From Caulobacteraceae bacterium (GTDB lineage: Bacteria; Pseudomonadota; Alphaproteobacteria; Caulobacterales; Caulobacteraceae): a DNA stretch of 64,000 nucleotides. The position numbers and the translations under genes are program-made. Shown in pieces: positions 22,676 to 35,435 of this stretch; the first letter of the stretch is position 1; each line of letters begins with the position of its first letter. The DNA lies in contig CBDIPM010000011.1 of NCBI GenBank assembly GCA_965283745.1, forward strand, positions 151 to 64,150, read 5' to 3'. Under the pieces are notes generated by a model that did no database searches, was not told where the DNA came from, and saw nothing but the letters and a program-made list of their open reading frames with translations.

Positions 22676-23761
22676 TTAAGCCACGCACCCCTCGAAGCCC
22701 GCCTTCAGCGCGGCCTCGTCCAGGTCACGGCCGATGAACACCATACGGCTGTAGCGGTTGTCGGCGTCGGTCCACGGGCGCTGGTAGTCGCCTTCCAGGA
22801 TCATGTGGACGGCCTGGAAGACCAGCCGGCGGTCGTCGCCCTTGATGTCCAGGATGCCCTTGGCGCGCAGGATATCGGGGCCCTTGTCCTGCAGCAGGGC
22901 GTTCAGCCAGTTGGTCACCTTGATGCCGTCGAGCGGCTTGTGCGAGGTCAGCGAGATTCCGCGGATGCCGGCCTCGGCGGCGTGATCGTGGGGCTCATGG
23001 GCGTGGTGATCGTGGCCGTGGTCATGATGGTGATGGTGGTCATGGTCGTGATGATCGTGCTCGCAGGCCTCGTCGTGGACGTGGCCCGGCTCGCCGTGGG
23101 CGGGGTTGAGGAACTCCGGCTCCAGCTCGACGATGCGGTCCAGGTCGAAGCCGCCGCGGCCGAGGATGGCGTCCAGCGGCACGGCCGAGCGCTGGGTGCG
23201 GTGGATCGGGGCCAGCGGGTTGATCCGGCGGATCGAGGCCTCGACGGCGGCCAGCTGCTGGGGCGTCACCAGATCGGTCTTGTTGAGCAGGATCTGGTCG
23301 GCGAAGGCGATCTGCTCGACCGCTTCGCGGCTGTCGGCCAGGCGCAGGGGCAGGTGCAGGGCGTCGACCACCGTGGTCACCGAATCGAGCCGGGTGCGAG
23401 CCCGCACGTCGTCGTCGACGAAGAAGGTCTGGGCCACCGGGCCGGGATCGGCCAGGCCCGTGGTTTCCACGATGATGGCGTCGAAGCCGCCCTTGCGCTT
23501 CATCAGCCCGGACACGACGCGGATCAGGTCGCCGCGCACCGTGCAGCAGACGCAGCCGTTGTTCATCTCGAACACTTCCTCGTCGGCGCCAACCACGAGG
23601 TCGTTGTCGATGCCGATCTCGCCGAACTCGTTGACGATCACGGCGTAGCGCTTGCCGTGGTCCTCGGTGAGGATGCGGTTGAGCAGGGTGGTCTTGCCGG
23701 CTCCGAGATAGCCGGTGAGGACGGTGACGGGGATGCGGGCGGGGGAAGCGGCCTGGGTCAT
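22676..23761 (-). CDS. COG0523/CobW-family G3E metallochaperone GTPase with His-rich insert
   Basis: [31 protein letters not shown]; [14 protein letters not shown] tract. Confidence 0.95.
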   Translation of the reverse strand: MTQAASPARIPVTVLTGYLGAGKTTLLNRILTEDHGKRYAVIVNEFGEIGIDNDLVVGADEEVFEMNNGCVCCTVRGDLIRVVSGLMKRKGGFDAIIVETTGLADPGPVAQTFFVDDDVRARTRLDSVTTVVDALHLPLRLADSREAVEQIAFADQILLNKTDLVTPQQLAAVEASIRRINPLAPIHRTQRSAVPLDAILGRGGFDLDRIVELEPEFLNPAHGEPGHVHDEACEHDHHDHDHHHHHDHGHDHHAHEPHDHAAEAGIRGISLTSHKPLDGIKVTNWLNALLQDKGPDILRAKGILDIKGDDRRLVFQAVHMILEGDYQRPWTDADNRYSRMVFIGRDLDEAALKAGFEGCVA

Positions 23762-23805
23762 GGCCGCCTAGATAGGGGCGGCGACCGGCGGGAGCAAACG
23801 CCGGT

Positions 23806-24459
23806 TCAGGTCTCGAGGACCACGACGATGACGCCCAGTGCGATCAGCACCCCGCCGAGGATGGCCGAATCGTAGCGCGCCAGCCGGTCCAGCCGCATCC
23901 GCGCCACGCCCGCCCAGGCCAGGCTGATCAGCCCGATCATGCCGGCCAGCGTCCCGGCCAGGAAGACGACACTGAGCATTGTCAGTTGCGCCCAGCCGTG
24001 CGCGGCGTCGGTCAGATAGAAGGAGAGCAGCACCTCGCCCGGCGACAGGGCCAGCAATCCGATCAGGCCCAGGGTCGCGGCGCGGTCGGTGGCCCGGGCC
24101 GGCGGCGGCGCATCGGCTCCAAAGCCTCCCGCCATCACCGTCGCCGTCCGCCGCTGCATCGCGCGCACCAGATAGAAGCCGCCAAAGCCGAACAGCACCG
24201 CCGCTGCGCCGTAGTGGAGCCAGCCCTGGGCGTGGCCGCCCATCATCTGGCCCGCGCCCCGCAACAGCAGGCCGATCAGGGTGGTGAAGAGGATATGTCC
24301 GGTGGCCGCCACGGCCGCTACGGCCAGCACGCGCCGCAGGCCCCAGCCCTGCGCACGACCGACCAGGACGAACGGCAGCCAGTGGGTCGGGAACAGCGCG
24401 TGCAGCAGCGCCGAGCCGAAACCGATGACGGCGAAGGACAGGAAGAGGGCGGATGTCAC
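23806..24459 (-). CDS. Membrane protein, NicO/RcnA-like putative metal transporter
   Basis: LHALFPTHWLPF, GHILFTT and LSPGE motifs; about 6 hydrophobic segments; GTG start. Confidence 0.7.
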   Translation of the reverse strand: MTSALFLSFAVIGFGSALLHALFPTHWLPFVLVGRAQGWGLRRVLAVAAVAATGHILFTTLIGLLLRGAGQMMGGHAQGWLHYGAAAVLFGFGGFYLVRAMQRRTATVMAGGFGADAPPPARATDRAATLGLIGLLALSPGEVLLSFYLTDAAHGWAQLTMLSVVFLAGTLAGMIGLISLAWAGVARMRLDRLARYDSAILGGVLIALGVIVVVLET

Positions 24460-24474
24460 GATCGCCTTCTCGCA

Positions 24475-24489
24475 TGTTACACTGTAACA
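24475..24489. promoter_or_regulatory. Zur-box-like operator
   Basis: Perfect 7-1-7 palindrome TGTTACA-C-TGTAACA, 16 bp upstream of the transporter-COG0523 operon start. Confidence 0.75.
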
Positions 24490-24544
24490 GTCGAGGCCGA
24501 TTTGCGGGTCCGCCTTTCATGACAGGGAAATCGCCCCGCCGACG

Positions 24545-24572
24545 TTGACTTACCAGCACTCGGCTGTATAAG
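24545..24572 (+). promoter_or_regulatory. Housekeeping sigma promoter of rplU-rpmA
   Basis: TTGACT-N16-TATAAG. Confidence 0.7.
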
Positions 24573-24649
24573 TCCGGCCCCTCGCCCGCAGGTCCATCTT
24601 GCGGGCGCGTCCTATTTTGCGAACACATAGAATTTCAAGGCGATAACCG

Positions 24650-25261
24650 ATGTACGCGGTGATCAAGACAGGCGGCAAGCAATACCGGGTCCAGGCGGGC
24701 GACGTGCTTGTTGTCGAAAAGCTGGCTGGTGAACCCGGCGCGGACGTCGCTTTCGGCGAAGTCCTGATGCTGGGCGATGGCGAGGCGATCACCGTGGGCG
24801 CTCCGCTCGTGGATGGCGCGACCGTCACGGCGACCCTGATCGAAACCCGCAAGGGTGAGAAGGTGAAGATCTTCAAGAAGATCCGCCGTCAGGGCTATCG
24901 CCGCACCCGTGGCCACCGCCAGACCGAGACGGTCCTGCGCGTGACCTCGGTCGCCGGCGCCGGCAAGACCGACAAGTGGGAAGGCACCGTTGACCTGACC
25001 ACCAAGGCCGAGCTGAACGCCCGTTCGCGCAATCTGAAGTTCGTCGCCCCGGTCGCCGCCGACGCCGCTCCGGCCGCCAAGGCCGCGCCGGTGAAGAAGG
25101 CCGCCGCGCCGAAGGCCGAAGCCGCCGCTGACGCGCCGGCCAAGGCCGCGCCGAAGAAGGCTGCTGCTCCGAAGGCCGCCAAGGCCGACGGCGACGCCGC
25201 CCCCGCCCCGAAGGCAGCGCCCAAGAAGGCCGCCGCGAAGAAGGAAGCCGACGAAGCCTGA
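24650..25261 (+). CDS. rplU: 50S ribosomal protein bL21 with Ala/Lys/Pro-rich C-terminal tail
   Basis: MYAVIKTGGKQYRV, GHRQ. Confidence 0.97.
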   Translation: MYAVIKTGGKQYRVQAGDVLVVEKLAGEPGADVAFGEVLMLGDGEAITVGAPLVDGATVTATLIETRKGEKVKIFKKIRRQGYRRTRGHRQTETVLRVTSVAGAGKTDKWEGTVDLTTKAELNARSRNLKFVAPVAADAAPAAKAAPVKKAAAPKAEAAADAPAKAAPKKAAAPKAAKADGDAAPAPKAAPKKAAAKKEADEA

Positions 25262-25291
25262 GGGCCTCGTCGCTTTGAGTAGGAGAGCACA

Positions 25292-25564
<273 letters not shown>

Positions 25565-25623
25565 GCGAACCTGGACCTCCATCCGGATCGCCCGACACAG
25601 GCGATCCGGACATGAAATTCCCA

Positions 25624-25663
25624 AGCGGGGAGTCCGGACGCCGGGCTCCCCGTTTTGCTGTTT
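25624..25663 (+). terminator. Terminator after rpmA
   Basis: gcggggagtccgg-acg-ccgggctccccgt followed by tttgctgttt; a second hairpin lies at ~25582-25610. Confidence 0.65.
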
Positions 25664-25725
25664 CAAGGTCTCCGCCCCCGTCCCGCCTCAAGCCGGGCCC
25701 AAAGGAAAAAGGCCGGGAGGAAACC

Positions 25726-26259
25726 ATGTGTGTGATCGACATTTCGCCGACGATCGAGACCCGCCGCATGACCCTGCGCGCGCCGGGCATGGCTGACGCG
25801 CCCCGGCTGGCGCGCCTGATGAACGACTACGACATCGCCAGGATGACCAGCCGGGTGCCGCACCCCTATGGCCTCGCCGACGCCGAGGATTTCGTCGCCC
25901 ACTGCCAGGGCGCCGATCCGCGCGCCGGACGCAACTTCCTGCTCGATCTCGAGGACGAGGGGGTGGTCGGGGGGCTGGGGTTCTTCACCCCGCCGGACGG
26001 GCGGCTGGAGGTCGGCTACTGGATCGGCCGTGACTGGCAGGGCCGGGGCCTGGCCACCGAGGCGCTGACCGGCGCCCTGGCCTGGGCCGGCCGCGACTGG
26101 CGCAGGCGTTACGTGGTCGCCGGCCATTTCGCCGACAACCCGGCGTCGGGCCAGGTGCTGATCAAGGCCGGCTTCCTCTACACCGGCGAGGTCAGGCCGC
26201 TGCCATCGCTTGCCCGCGGCGAGCCGGCGGACGCGCGGATGATGGTGTGGCTGGCTTAG
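25726..26259 (+). CDS. GNAT acetyltransferase, RimJ/RimL family
   Basis: EVGYWIG..WQGRGLATEA, DNPAS..VLIKAGF. Confidence 0.9.
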   Translation: MCVIDISPTIETRRMTLRAPGMADAPRLARLMNDYDIARMTSRVPHPYGLADAEDFVAHCQGADPRAGRNFLLDLEDEGVVGGLGFFTPPDGRLEVGYWIGRDWQGRGLATEALTGALAWAGRDWRRRYVVAGHFADNPASGQVLIKAGFLYTGEVRPLPSLARGEPADARMMVWLA

Positions 26260-26261
26260 CG

Positions 26262-28051
<1,790 letters not shown>

Positions 28052-28073
28052 CCGCGAACAGGGAAGAACAGAG

Positions 28074-28538
28074 ATGATCCTTCAGGCGCTGCTCATCGCG
28101 ATGCTGTTCGCCGAACCGGCCGCCGCGTCGGTCGCCGCCCCGACGCCGGCGCCCGCCGCGGCGCCCTCGACCGCGACGACTCCGGTCCCCGCTCCGGCCG
28201 AACCCGCGCCGATGACCACCGAACAGGCCATCGCCAGGATCGATGCGCTGATGACGCCGTGGAAGGGCAAGTCCGGCGAACGCCTGCGTGGGCGCCTGGG
28301 CCTGAGCGAAAGCACGCGGGATGCAACCGACGGTCAGGTGACCTTCTGGCTTCGCCGATCGGAGGCCACGGCCTGCGGCGTCGCGCCCGGCGGGGTGATC
28401 CGCTGCGGCGTGATCGGCGGCGCCGTCTGCCGACTGGCGGTCGCCTTCGACAAGACCGGCAAGGTGACCAACTGGAAGGCCTCGGGCATGGGCGAGGCCT
28501 GCGAACTGTTCTTCGACGACATCGGCGCGCCCGGATGA
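28074..28538 (+). CDS. Hypothetical exported protein (Pro/Ala linker, 4 Cys)
   Basis: Signal-like N-terminus, host-like codon usage, ATGA overlap with proB. Confidence 0.7.
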   Translation: MILQALLIAMLFAEPAAASVAAPTPAPAAAPSTATTPVPAPAEPAPMTTEQAIARIDALMTPWKGKSGERLRGRLGLSESTRDATDGQVTFWLRRSEATACGVAPGGVIRCGVIGGAVCRLAVAFDKTGKVTNWKASGMGEACELFFDDIGAPG

Positions 28539-29662
28539 GCCTCGACGGGTCGGAAATCACCCGGGCCCGTCGTATCGTCGTCAAGGTCGGCTCCGCCCTC
28601 GTCGTCGACGCCCAGGCCGGCGTCCCGGACCGCGCCTGGCTGGCGGCCTTCGCCGCCGACGCCGCGCGGCTGCGGGCCCGTGGCCAGCAGGTGCTGGTGG
28701 TGTCCTCCGGCGCCGTGGCGCTCGGCCGCCGCCGCCTGGGCCTGTCGCGCCGCAAGCTGACCCTGCCCGAGAAACAGGCCGCCGCCGCCGCCGGCCAGTC
28801 GTTGCTGATGCGCGCCTGGGAAGAGGCGTTCGAGCCGCACGGACTCGCCGTCGCCCAGGTGCTGATGACCCGCGACGACACCGAGGTCCGCCGCCGCTGG
28901 CTGAACGGCCGCGCCACGGTCGACACCCTGCTGTCGCTGGGCGTGGTCCCGGTGGTCAACGAGAACGACACCGTGGTCACCGAGGAGATCCGCTACGGCG
29001 ACAACGACCGGCTGGCCGCCCGCGTGGCGCAGATGATCGCCGCCGACGCCCTGGTGCTGCTCAGCGACATCGACGGCCTGTACACCGCCGACCCGCGCCG
29101 CGACCCGTCCGCCACGCGGCTGGACCGGATCAGCGAGATCACGCCGCAGATCGACGCCATGGCCGGCGGCGCCAACGCCGGAGCCGGGGTCGGCACCGGC
29201 GGCATGGCCACCAAGATCGCCGCCGCCCGCATCGCCCGCGCCGCCGGCTGCGCCACCATCATCACCCTGGGCAGCCGGCCGCAGCCGCTGAAGGCGATCG
29301 AGGACGGCGCGCCGGCCACGGTCATCGAGGCCTCGCTCAGCGCGGCGGCCGCCTACAAGGGCTGGATCGCCGGCTCCCTGTCGCCGCAGGGCGCCCTGGT
29401 CGTCGACGACGGCGCGGCCGGGGCGCTCAGCAAGGGCAAGAGCCTGCTTGCCGCCGGCGTTCGCGGGGTCGAGGGACGTTTCGGCAAAGGCGACGCGGTC
29501 GTGGTCCGGGCCGAGGACGGCCGCGAGCTGGGCCGGGGCCTGGTCCGCTACGACGCCGCCGACGCCGAGAAGATCCTCGGCCTGCGCAGCGACGCCATCG
29601 AGGCGGTGCTGGGCTTCACGGAAGGCCCGATGATCCACGCTGACGACCTGGCGATGGTCTGA
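28535..29662 (+). CDS. proB: Glutamate 5-kinase with PUA domain
   Basis: [32 protein letters not shown]. Confidence 0.96.
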   Translation: MSLDGSEITRARRIVVKVGSALVVDAQAGVPDRAWLAAFAADAARLRARGQQVLVVSSGAVALGRRRLGLSRRKLTLPEKQAAAAAGQSLLMRAWEEAFEPHGLAVAQVLMTRDDTEVRRRWLNGRATVDTLLSLGVVPVVNENDTVVTEEIRYGDNDRLAARVAQMIAADALVLLSDIDGLYTADPRRDPSATRLDRISEITPQIDAMAGGANAGAGVGTGGMATKIAAARIARAAGCATIITLGSRPQPLKAIEDGAPATVIEASLSAAAAYKGWIAGSLSPQGALVVDDGAAGALSKGKSLLAAGVRGVEGRFGKGDAVVVRAEDGRELGRGLVRYDAADAEKILGLRSDAIEAVLGFTEGPMIHADDLAMV

Positions 29663-29717
29663 CGCCCAGAAACGGGCTAAGGCTCATCCTGAGCATATCC
29701 GGGGACGGACGGAAACG

Positions 29718-30992
29718 ATGGACGACGCGGGCGCCGGTCTGCAGGCGATGATGGCGGCGACGGGCCGGGCGGCCCGCGAGGGCGCGCGCGCGCTGCGCCT
29801 CAGCACCGCCGACCAGCGCACCGCCGCCATCAAGGCCATGGCCGCCGCCATCCGCGCAGACGCTTCCGCCATCCTGGCCGCCAATCTCAAGGATCAGGCC
29901 CGCTCCCGCGAGGCCGGCCTCTCGGCGCCGATGATCGACCGCATGCTGCTCGACGCCGACCGGCTGGAGGGCGTCGCCCGGGCTGTGGAGACCGTCGCCG
30001 CCATTCCCGACCCCGTGGGCGCTGAGATCGCCCGCTGGACCCGGCCCAACGGGTTGGACATCGCCCGCGTCCGCACGCCGATCGGCGTCATCGCCATCAT
30101 CTACGAGAGCCGGCCCAACGTCACCGCCGACGCCGCCGCCCTGTGCATCCGCTCGGGCAACGCCGCCATCCTGCGCGGCGGGTCCGAGTGCCTGCTGACC
30201 AACGCCGCGATCCACGCCAGCGTGGTCAAGGGTCTGGCCGCCGCCGGCCTGCCCGCCGCCTGCGTGCAGGTGGTCAAGACCGCCGACCGCGCCGCCGTCG
30301 GGGCCATCCTGTCGGGCCTGGACCGCAACATCGACCTGATCATCCCGCGCGGCGGCAAGAGCCTGGTCGCCCGGGTGCAGGCCGAGGCTCGCGCCCCGGT
30401 GCTGGGCCACCTGGAAGGCCTCAACCACGTCTTCGTCCATGAGGCCGCGGATATCGCCAAGGCTCGGGACATCGTTCTCAACGCCAAGATGCGACGGGTG
30501 TCGGTCTGCGGCGCCGCCGAGACCCTGCTGATCGACCGCGCGGCGGCGGAGCGGTTGCTGCCGCCCATCGCCGACGCCCTGATCCGCGCCGGCTGCGAGC
30601 TGCGCGGCGACGCCCCCTCGCGGGCCATCGAACCGTCGATGACCCCGGCGACGGTGGAGGACTGGACCACCGAATACCTGGCGCCGATCATCTCCGTGGC
30701 CGTGGTCGACGGGGTGGAGGGCGCGGCCGCCCACATCGCCGCCTTCGGCTCGGGCCACACCGACGCCATCGTCACGGAAGACCCCGCCGCCGCGGACCGC
30801 TTCATCGCCCTGGTCGATTCGGCCATCGTGCTGGTCAACGCCTCGACCCAGTTCGCCGACGGCGGCGAGTTCGGCTTCGGCGCCGAGATCGGCATCGCCA
30901 CCGACAAGCTGCACGCCCGCGGCCCGGTCGGCGCCGAGCAGCTGACCACCTTCAAGTACGTCGTCCGGGGGTCCGGCCAGACGCGTCCCTAG
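29718..30992 (+). CDS. proA: Gamma-glutamyl phosphate reductase
   Basis: [41 protein letters not shown]. Confidence 0.97.
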   Translation: MDDAGAGLQAMMAATGRAAREGARALRLSTADQRTAAIKAMAAAIRADASAILAANLKDQARSREAGLSAPMIDRMLLDADRLEGVARAVETVAAIPDPVGAEIARWTRPNGLDIARVRTPIGVIAIIYESRPNVTADAAALCIRSGNAAILRGGSECLLTNAAIHASVVKGLAAAGLPAACVQVVKTADRAAVGAILSGLDRNIDLIIPRGGKSLVARVQAEARAPVLGHLEGLNHVFVHEAADIAKARDIVLNAKMRRVSVCGAAETLLIDRAAAERLLPPIADALIRAGCELRGDAPSRAIEPSMTPATVEDWTTEYLAPIISVAVVDGVEGAAAHIAAFGSGHTDAIVTEDPAAADRFIALVDSAIVLVNASTQFADGGEFGFGAEIGIATDKLHARGPVGAEQLTTFKYVVRGSGQTRP

Positions 30993-31015
30993 ACGCGGCG
31001 GCCGGGGCTGAGCGC

Positions 31016-31690
31016 TTGATCCTGTCCAGACACAAGCCCTTCGGCGGCCCGGTCCGCGCCACGCTCAAGGGCGGCGCGGCCGCGCTGCGTCCGGGTTTCC
31101 ACCTGGAGCCGGGGATGCGGGTCGGCCTCTATGGCGGCTCGTTCAATCCCGCCCATGACGGCCACGCCCACGTCGCCGAGACGGCCCGCAAGCGCCTGGG
31201 CCTGGACCGGGTGATCTGGCTGGTCTCGCCGCAGAATCCGCTGAAGTCTTCGCGCGACACCGCGCCGCTGGCCGAGCGCATGGCCGGCGTGCGGCGCCGG
31301 GCCCGCGACCGGGGGATGGTCGTCTCGGACGTCGAGTCCCGGATGGGCTCGCAGTACACGATCGACACCGTCCGGGCCCTGAAGGCGCGATTTCCGGGTG
31401 TGAAGTTCGTCTGGATCATGGGCGCCGACAGCCTGGCCACCTTCCACCGCTGGCGGGGCTGGACCCAGATCATGCGCGAGCTGCCGGTGGCGGTGATCTC
31501 CCGTCCCTGGGCCAGTCTGAAAAGCCGCTTCTCGCCCACCGCCCGCCGTTTCGCCGCGGCCCGGCGTCCGGCCGCCGAGGCGGCGCTGCTGCCCGACCAG
31601 ACCGCGCCGGCCTGGGTCTACCTGCACGGCCCGCTCAACTTCGCCTCCTCCACGGCCCTTCGCGAGGGCCGTCGGAAGGGCAAAAAGTGA
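31016..31690 (+). CDS. nadD: Nicotinate-nucleotide adenylyltransferase (start uncertain)
   Basis: GGSFNPAHDGH, WIMGADS, SSTALR. Confidence 0.93.
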   Translation: MILSRHKPFGGPVRATLKGGAAALRPGFHLEPGMRVGLYGGSFNPAHDGHAHVAETARKRLGLDRVIWLVSPQNPLKSSRDTAPLAERMAGVRRRARDRGMVVSDVESRMGSQYTIDTVRALKARFPGVKFVWIMGADSLATFHRWRGWTQIMRELPVAVISRPWASLKSRFSPTARRFAAARRPAAEAALLPDQTAPAWVYLHGPLNFASSTALREGRRKGKK

Positions 31691-31777
31691 TTCGCTGACG
31701 GCGGCCGCCGGACGTGCTATGAGGTCTCGCTTGCGAGGCTAACAAGGAGCACTCCGCTGAACCGCGAGTTCGCGCCC

Positions 31778-32170
31778 GTGGCGCACGAAGCCCATACCGG
31801 GGCTTCAACCGACGAACCCCGACAGATGGGATCGCTCGAAGACCTGATCATGGCCCGGCTTGACGACGACAAGGCCGAGGACATCGTTCTCATCGATCTG
31901 AAGGGCAAAAGCCCGATGGCCGACTCGATGATTGTCGCGTCCGGCCGTTCGCACCGTCACGTCGGCGCGCTGGCCGACCACATCCTGCGGGCGCTGAAGG
32001 AAACCGGCCACGGCAAGGCGCGGGTCGAGGGCCTGCCGCACTGCGACTGGGTGCTGATCGACGCCGGCGACGTGATCGTCCACCTGTTCCGCCCCGAGGT
32101 CCGGACCTTCTACAACATCGAGAAGATCTGGTCGGTCGACTCCGCGCACATCACCCCGGCGGCGAACTGA
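31778..32170 (+). CDS. rsfS: Ribosome silencing factor (start 31778 or 31826)
   Basis: LDDDKAEDI, WVLIDAGDVIVHLF..R.FYNIEKIW. Confidence 0.94.
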   Translation: MAHEAHTGASTDEPRQMGSLEDLIMARLDDDKAEDIVLIDLKGKSPMADSMIVASGRSHRHVGALADHILRALKETGHGKARVEGLPHCDWVLIDAGDVIVHLFRPEVRTFYNIEKIWSVDSAHITPAAN

Positions 32171-32184
32171 GGCTTGCGGGCTGT

Positions 32185-32299
32185 GCGTCCTTCGCGACGC
32201 TCGCTTGAAGCTCGCTCCTCAGGATGACGGGCTCAGTGGAGCGCTACCACCTTCGTCACGGTGAGGAGCCGGCTCTCGGGCCGGCGTCGCGAACCACGC
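32185..32299. repeat. REP-like inverted-repeat element (family C) between rsfS and rlmH
   Basis: Left arm ttcgcgacgc..gctcctcaggatgacg; right arm cgtcacggtgaggagc..gcgtcgcgaa. Confidence 0.7.
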
Positions 32300-32312
32300 A
32301 AGGCCTCTGAGC

Positions 32313-32777
32313 GTGAAGATCACCCTCCTCACCGTTCATCGTCTCGGCCGGGCGCCGGAAGCCCTGCTGGCGAAGGACTATGCCGAGCGCGCCACGGCCA
32401 GTGGCCGGGCGCTCGGCCTTGGCCCCGTCGAGATCATCGAGGTCGAGGCGCGCAAGAGCGGCAAGGGCCCCGAGGCCGAGGTGATCCTGCCCCACCTCAA
32501 GGACGCCCATGTCGTCTGCTGCGACGAGCACGGGGCGGTCCGCACCTCCCGTGACTTCGCCGGACGCATCGGCCGGCTTCGCGACGACGGCGTGCGGCGG
32601 CTGGTCTTCGTGATCGGCGGCGCCGACGGGCTGGACCCGGCCGTGCTCGCCGCCGCCAACGAGAAGCTCGCTTTCGGCCCCCAGACCTGGCCCCATGCGC
32701 TGGCCAGAGCGATGCTGGCCGAGCAGGTCTACCGCGCCGTGACGATCCTGGGCGGGTCGCCTTACCACCGCGACTGA
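32313..32777 (+). CDS. rlmH: 23S rRNA m3Psi1915 methyltransferase
   Basis: FVIGGADG, TWPHALARAMLAEQVYRA..I..GSPYHR. Confidence 0.95.
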   Translation: MKITLLTVHRLGRAPEALLAKDYAERATASGRALGLGPVEIIEVEARKSGKGPEAEVILPHLKDAHVVCCDEHGAVRTSRDFAGRIGRLRDDGVRRLVFVIGGADGLDPAVLAAANEKLAFGPQTWPHALARAMLAEQVYRAVTILGGSPYHRD

Positions 32778-32792
32778 GCTACTGCTTTTCCC

Positions 32793-33878
32793 ATGCGCCG
32801 CCGCCTGATCCTGTCCGCCGTTCTCGCCCTCGCGGGCGTCGCCGGGGGCAGCGTGGCGCAGGAGCCCGCCAGCGCGCCGTCGCAGGCCATGGTCGCCGTC
32901 CAGTCCGGCTCGATCGCCGGCCGCGCCGAGGCCCGCCGCCAGATCGAGGCCCTGCGCGGCGAGCTCAAGCGGCTGGCCTCGCGCCAGGCCCAGGACAGCC
33001 GCGACGTGGCCAGCGCCCGCATGCGGCTGCAGATGCTGAACGTCCGCGAGACCGCCCTGACCGCCGAGCTGGGCCGCGACCGCAACCGCCTGGCCCGCCT
33101 GCTGGGCGCTCTGCAGCTGTTCCGCCGCCAGCCGCCGCCGGCGCTGCTGGTGCGGCCCGAGGATGCGCGCGACGCGGTCCGCGCCGCCATCCTGATCCGC
33201 GCCATGACCCCGGCCCTGGAGGCGCGCGCCCGCGCCTATGCCGAGGAGGCGCGCGAGATCGCCGCCCTGCGCCGCCAGGCCGCCGCCGCCGACGCCGAAC
33301 GCTTCACCGCCGAAAGCCTGGCCGCCCAGCATCGCGGCGATGTCGAGCGGCTGCTCACAGAGCAATCAGAGATCGAGAAGCGCTTCGCCGACGACGCCCT
33401 GCTGGCCGGCCGCGACGCCGGCAGCCCCGGCCAGCTGGTCGACAGCTTCCCGCGCCTGACCGGCGCCGACGGCGGCCCGGGCCCCCTGCGGCGTCCGGTC
33501 GACGGTCAGGCGGCGCGACGCTTTGGGACGGCTCTGCCCGGCGGCGGCAAGTCGGAGGGCGTGGCCTTCACCGCCCGCACCGGCGCGGTGGTGTCCAGCC
33601 CCGCGCAAGGCGTGGTTGAATTCGCTGGGCCGGTCACCGGCTGGGGCGTCATCTTGATCTTGCGGACGGCGGGCGCCTACCATCTGGTGCTTGGCGGCAT
33701 GAGCGAGGTGTCGGTGACGCCCGGACAATCGGTCGCGGCCGGCACGCCTGTCGGCCGGGTCGCCGATGGCGGACGGTCGGGATCGGAGCTCTATCTTGAG
33801 CTTCGCCGCTCGGGAACGCCGGTCGATCCGGCGCCCTGGCTGCCCGGCGGAAGCCGTGTGGCGGCGGTGACGCCTTAA
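32793..33878 (+). CDS. EnvC/LdpF-like murein hydrolase activator (degenerate M23 domain)
   Basis: Signal peptide, coiled coil, and M23 fold lacking the HxxxD/HxH zinc ligands (ELYLELR); canonical position before an S41 peptidase. Confidence 0.82.
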   Translation: MRRRLILSAVLALAGVAGGSVAQEPASAPSQAMVAVQSGSIAGRAEARRQIEALRGELKRLASRQAQDSRDVASARMRLQMLNVRETALTAELGRDRNRLARLLGALQLFRRQPPPALLVRPEDARDAVRAAILIRAMTPALEARARAYAEEAREIAALRRQAAAADAERFTAESLAAQHRGDVERLLTEQSEIEKRFADDALLAGRDAGSPGQLVDSFPRLTGADGGPGPLRRPVDGQAARRFGTALPGGGKSEGVAFTARTGAVVSSPAQGVVEFAGPVTGWGVILILRTAGAYHLVLGGMSEVSVTPGQSVAAGTPVGRVADGGRSGSELYLELRRSGTPVDPAPWLPGGSRVAAVTP

Positions 33879-33962
33879 TTTCGGCCCGGCCTCCGCGCGA
33901 GGTTGGCGTGGAACTTGTATCAGTCACGGCGCGTAACGCCGTTTAGGGAGCCCCGACGGGCG

Positions 33963-35378
33963 ATGACGAAGAAGAACCTGCTGATCGGCGCTTGCGCCTT
34001 TGTCCTGGGCGCCGCGTCCATGGCCTATGTGAGCCAGAAGGCCGAGGCGACCGCCAAGTCCAACGGTCAGGCCTACCACATGCTCGAACTGTTCGGCGAC
34101 GTGCTGGACAAGGTCGAGCGGCAGTACGTCGTGCCCGTGGACGAGAAGAAGCTGATCGAGGCCGCGATAGAAGGCATGGTCGCCTCGCTCGACCCCCACT
34201 CGGCCTATCTCGCGCCCGAGAGCTTCGAGGACATGCAGGAGTCGACCCGCGGCGAGTACGGCGGACTCGGCATCGAGATCACCAGCGAGGACGGGGTGGT
34301 CAAGATCATCGCCCCCATGGACGGCACGCCCGCCTCGCGCGCCGGCCTGCAGCCGGGCGACTACATCACCGGCGTCAACGGCGAGAGCGTCATCGGCCTG
34401 CCCAGCAACGAGGCGGTCAAGCTGATGCGCGGCAAGCCGGGCGAGAAGGTCACCCTGACCATCGCCCGCGAGAAGACCGACCCCTTCGATGTGACCCTCG
34501 TGCGCGAGGTCATCAAGCCGCGCTCGGTCACCGCCCGCATGGAAGGCGACTACGGCTACGTCCGTCTGTCGGGCTTCAACGAGAAGGCCACCGACGAGGT
34601 CATCGCCGCCATCGAGGGCCTGAAGAAGCAGAACCCGCGGATGAAGGGCCTGGTCTTCGACCTGCGCAACAATCCGGGCGGCCTGCTCGACCAGGCAGTC
34701 GGCGTGGCCGACATCTTCCTGGACGGCGGCGAAGTGGTCAGCCAGCGCGGTCGTCAGCCGGACGATATCGAACGTTATCACGCCCGCCCTGGCGACATGC
34801 TCAGCGGCCTGCCCGTGGTGGTGCTGGTCAACAGCGGCTCAGCCTCGGCGGCCGAGATCGTCGCCGGCGCCCTGCAGGATCGCAAGCGGGCCGAGGTCGT
34901 CGGCCTGACCAGCTTCGGCAAGGGCTCGGTGCAGCAGGTCATCCCGCTGAACGGCGGCGAGGACGGCGCCCTGAAGCTGACCACGGCGCGCTACTTCACG
35001 CCGTCGGGCAAGTCGATCCAGCGCACCGGCATCGAGCCGGACCTGGAAGTGGCCTCCAGCCGTGAGCAGGCCGAGCTGATCGCCACCCGCTCGATCCAGT
35101 ACAGCGAGGCCATGCTGCGCAACGCCCTGGACGCCGAGGAGGGCAAGACCCGCCGCGGCGCCCACACCCCGGCAGAGGCGCCGCCGATGACCTTTGACGA
35201 GGAGGCCTGCAAGAAGGTCACCCTCGCCACCCTGACCATCACCTGCGACTTCCAGCTGCAGCGGGCCATCGACGTGCTGCGCAACGGCTCGGTGTCGTCG
35301 ACGCCCAAGCTGCCCAAGCCGCAGCCGCGCGTCGCCGTGGTCGATGGCAAGGTGCAGCCGAAGACCGAGACGAAATAG
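33963..35378 (+). CDS. ctpA: Carboxy-terminal processing protease, family S41 (PDZ)
   Basis: LDPHS, GLGIE, DLRNNPGG, SASAAEI, SFGKGSVQ. Confidence 0.93.
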   Translation: MTKKNLLIGACAFVLGAASMAYVSQKAEATAKSNGQAYHMLELFGDVLDKVERQYVVPVDEKKLIEAAIEGMVASLDPHSAYLAPESFEDMQESTRGEYGGLGIEITSEDGVVKIIAPMDGTPASRAGLQPGDYITGVNGESVIGLPSNEAVKLMRGKPGEKVTLTIAREKTDPFDVTLVREVIKPRSVTARMEGDYGYVRLSGFNEKATDEVIAAIEGLKKQNPRMKGLVFDLRNNPGGLLDQAVGVADIFLDGGEVVSQRGRQPDDIERYHARPGDMLSGLPVVVLVNSGSASAAEIVAGALQDRKRAEVVGLTSFGKGSVQQVIPLNGGEDGALKLTTARYFTPSGKSIQRTGIEPDLEVASSREQAELIATRSIQYSEAMLRNALDAEEGKTRRGAHTPAEAPPMTFDEEACKKVTLATLTITCDFQLQRAIDVLRNGSVSSTPKLPKPQPRVAVVDGKVQPKTETK

Positions 35379-35435
35379 CGCTTCATTAACCATACCGGGC
35401 GAGGCTGGGGCGGGTTAAACTCCCCCTGCTTCGCC

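Noticed and set aside
22980-23070. tggtcatgatgg repeats as a DNA-level element
   Set aside because: They encode the His/Asp-rich insert of the COG0523 GTPase.
32793-33878. Catalytically dead M23 domain as a novelty
   Set aside because: Expected for EnvC/LdpF-type amidase activators in this conserved gene order.
35386-35393. CtrA half-site TTAACCAT before the deacetylase gene (and TTAACCA near 8930)
   Set aside because: Isolated half-sites without a correctly spaced partner; plausible but not supportable from sequence alone.
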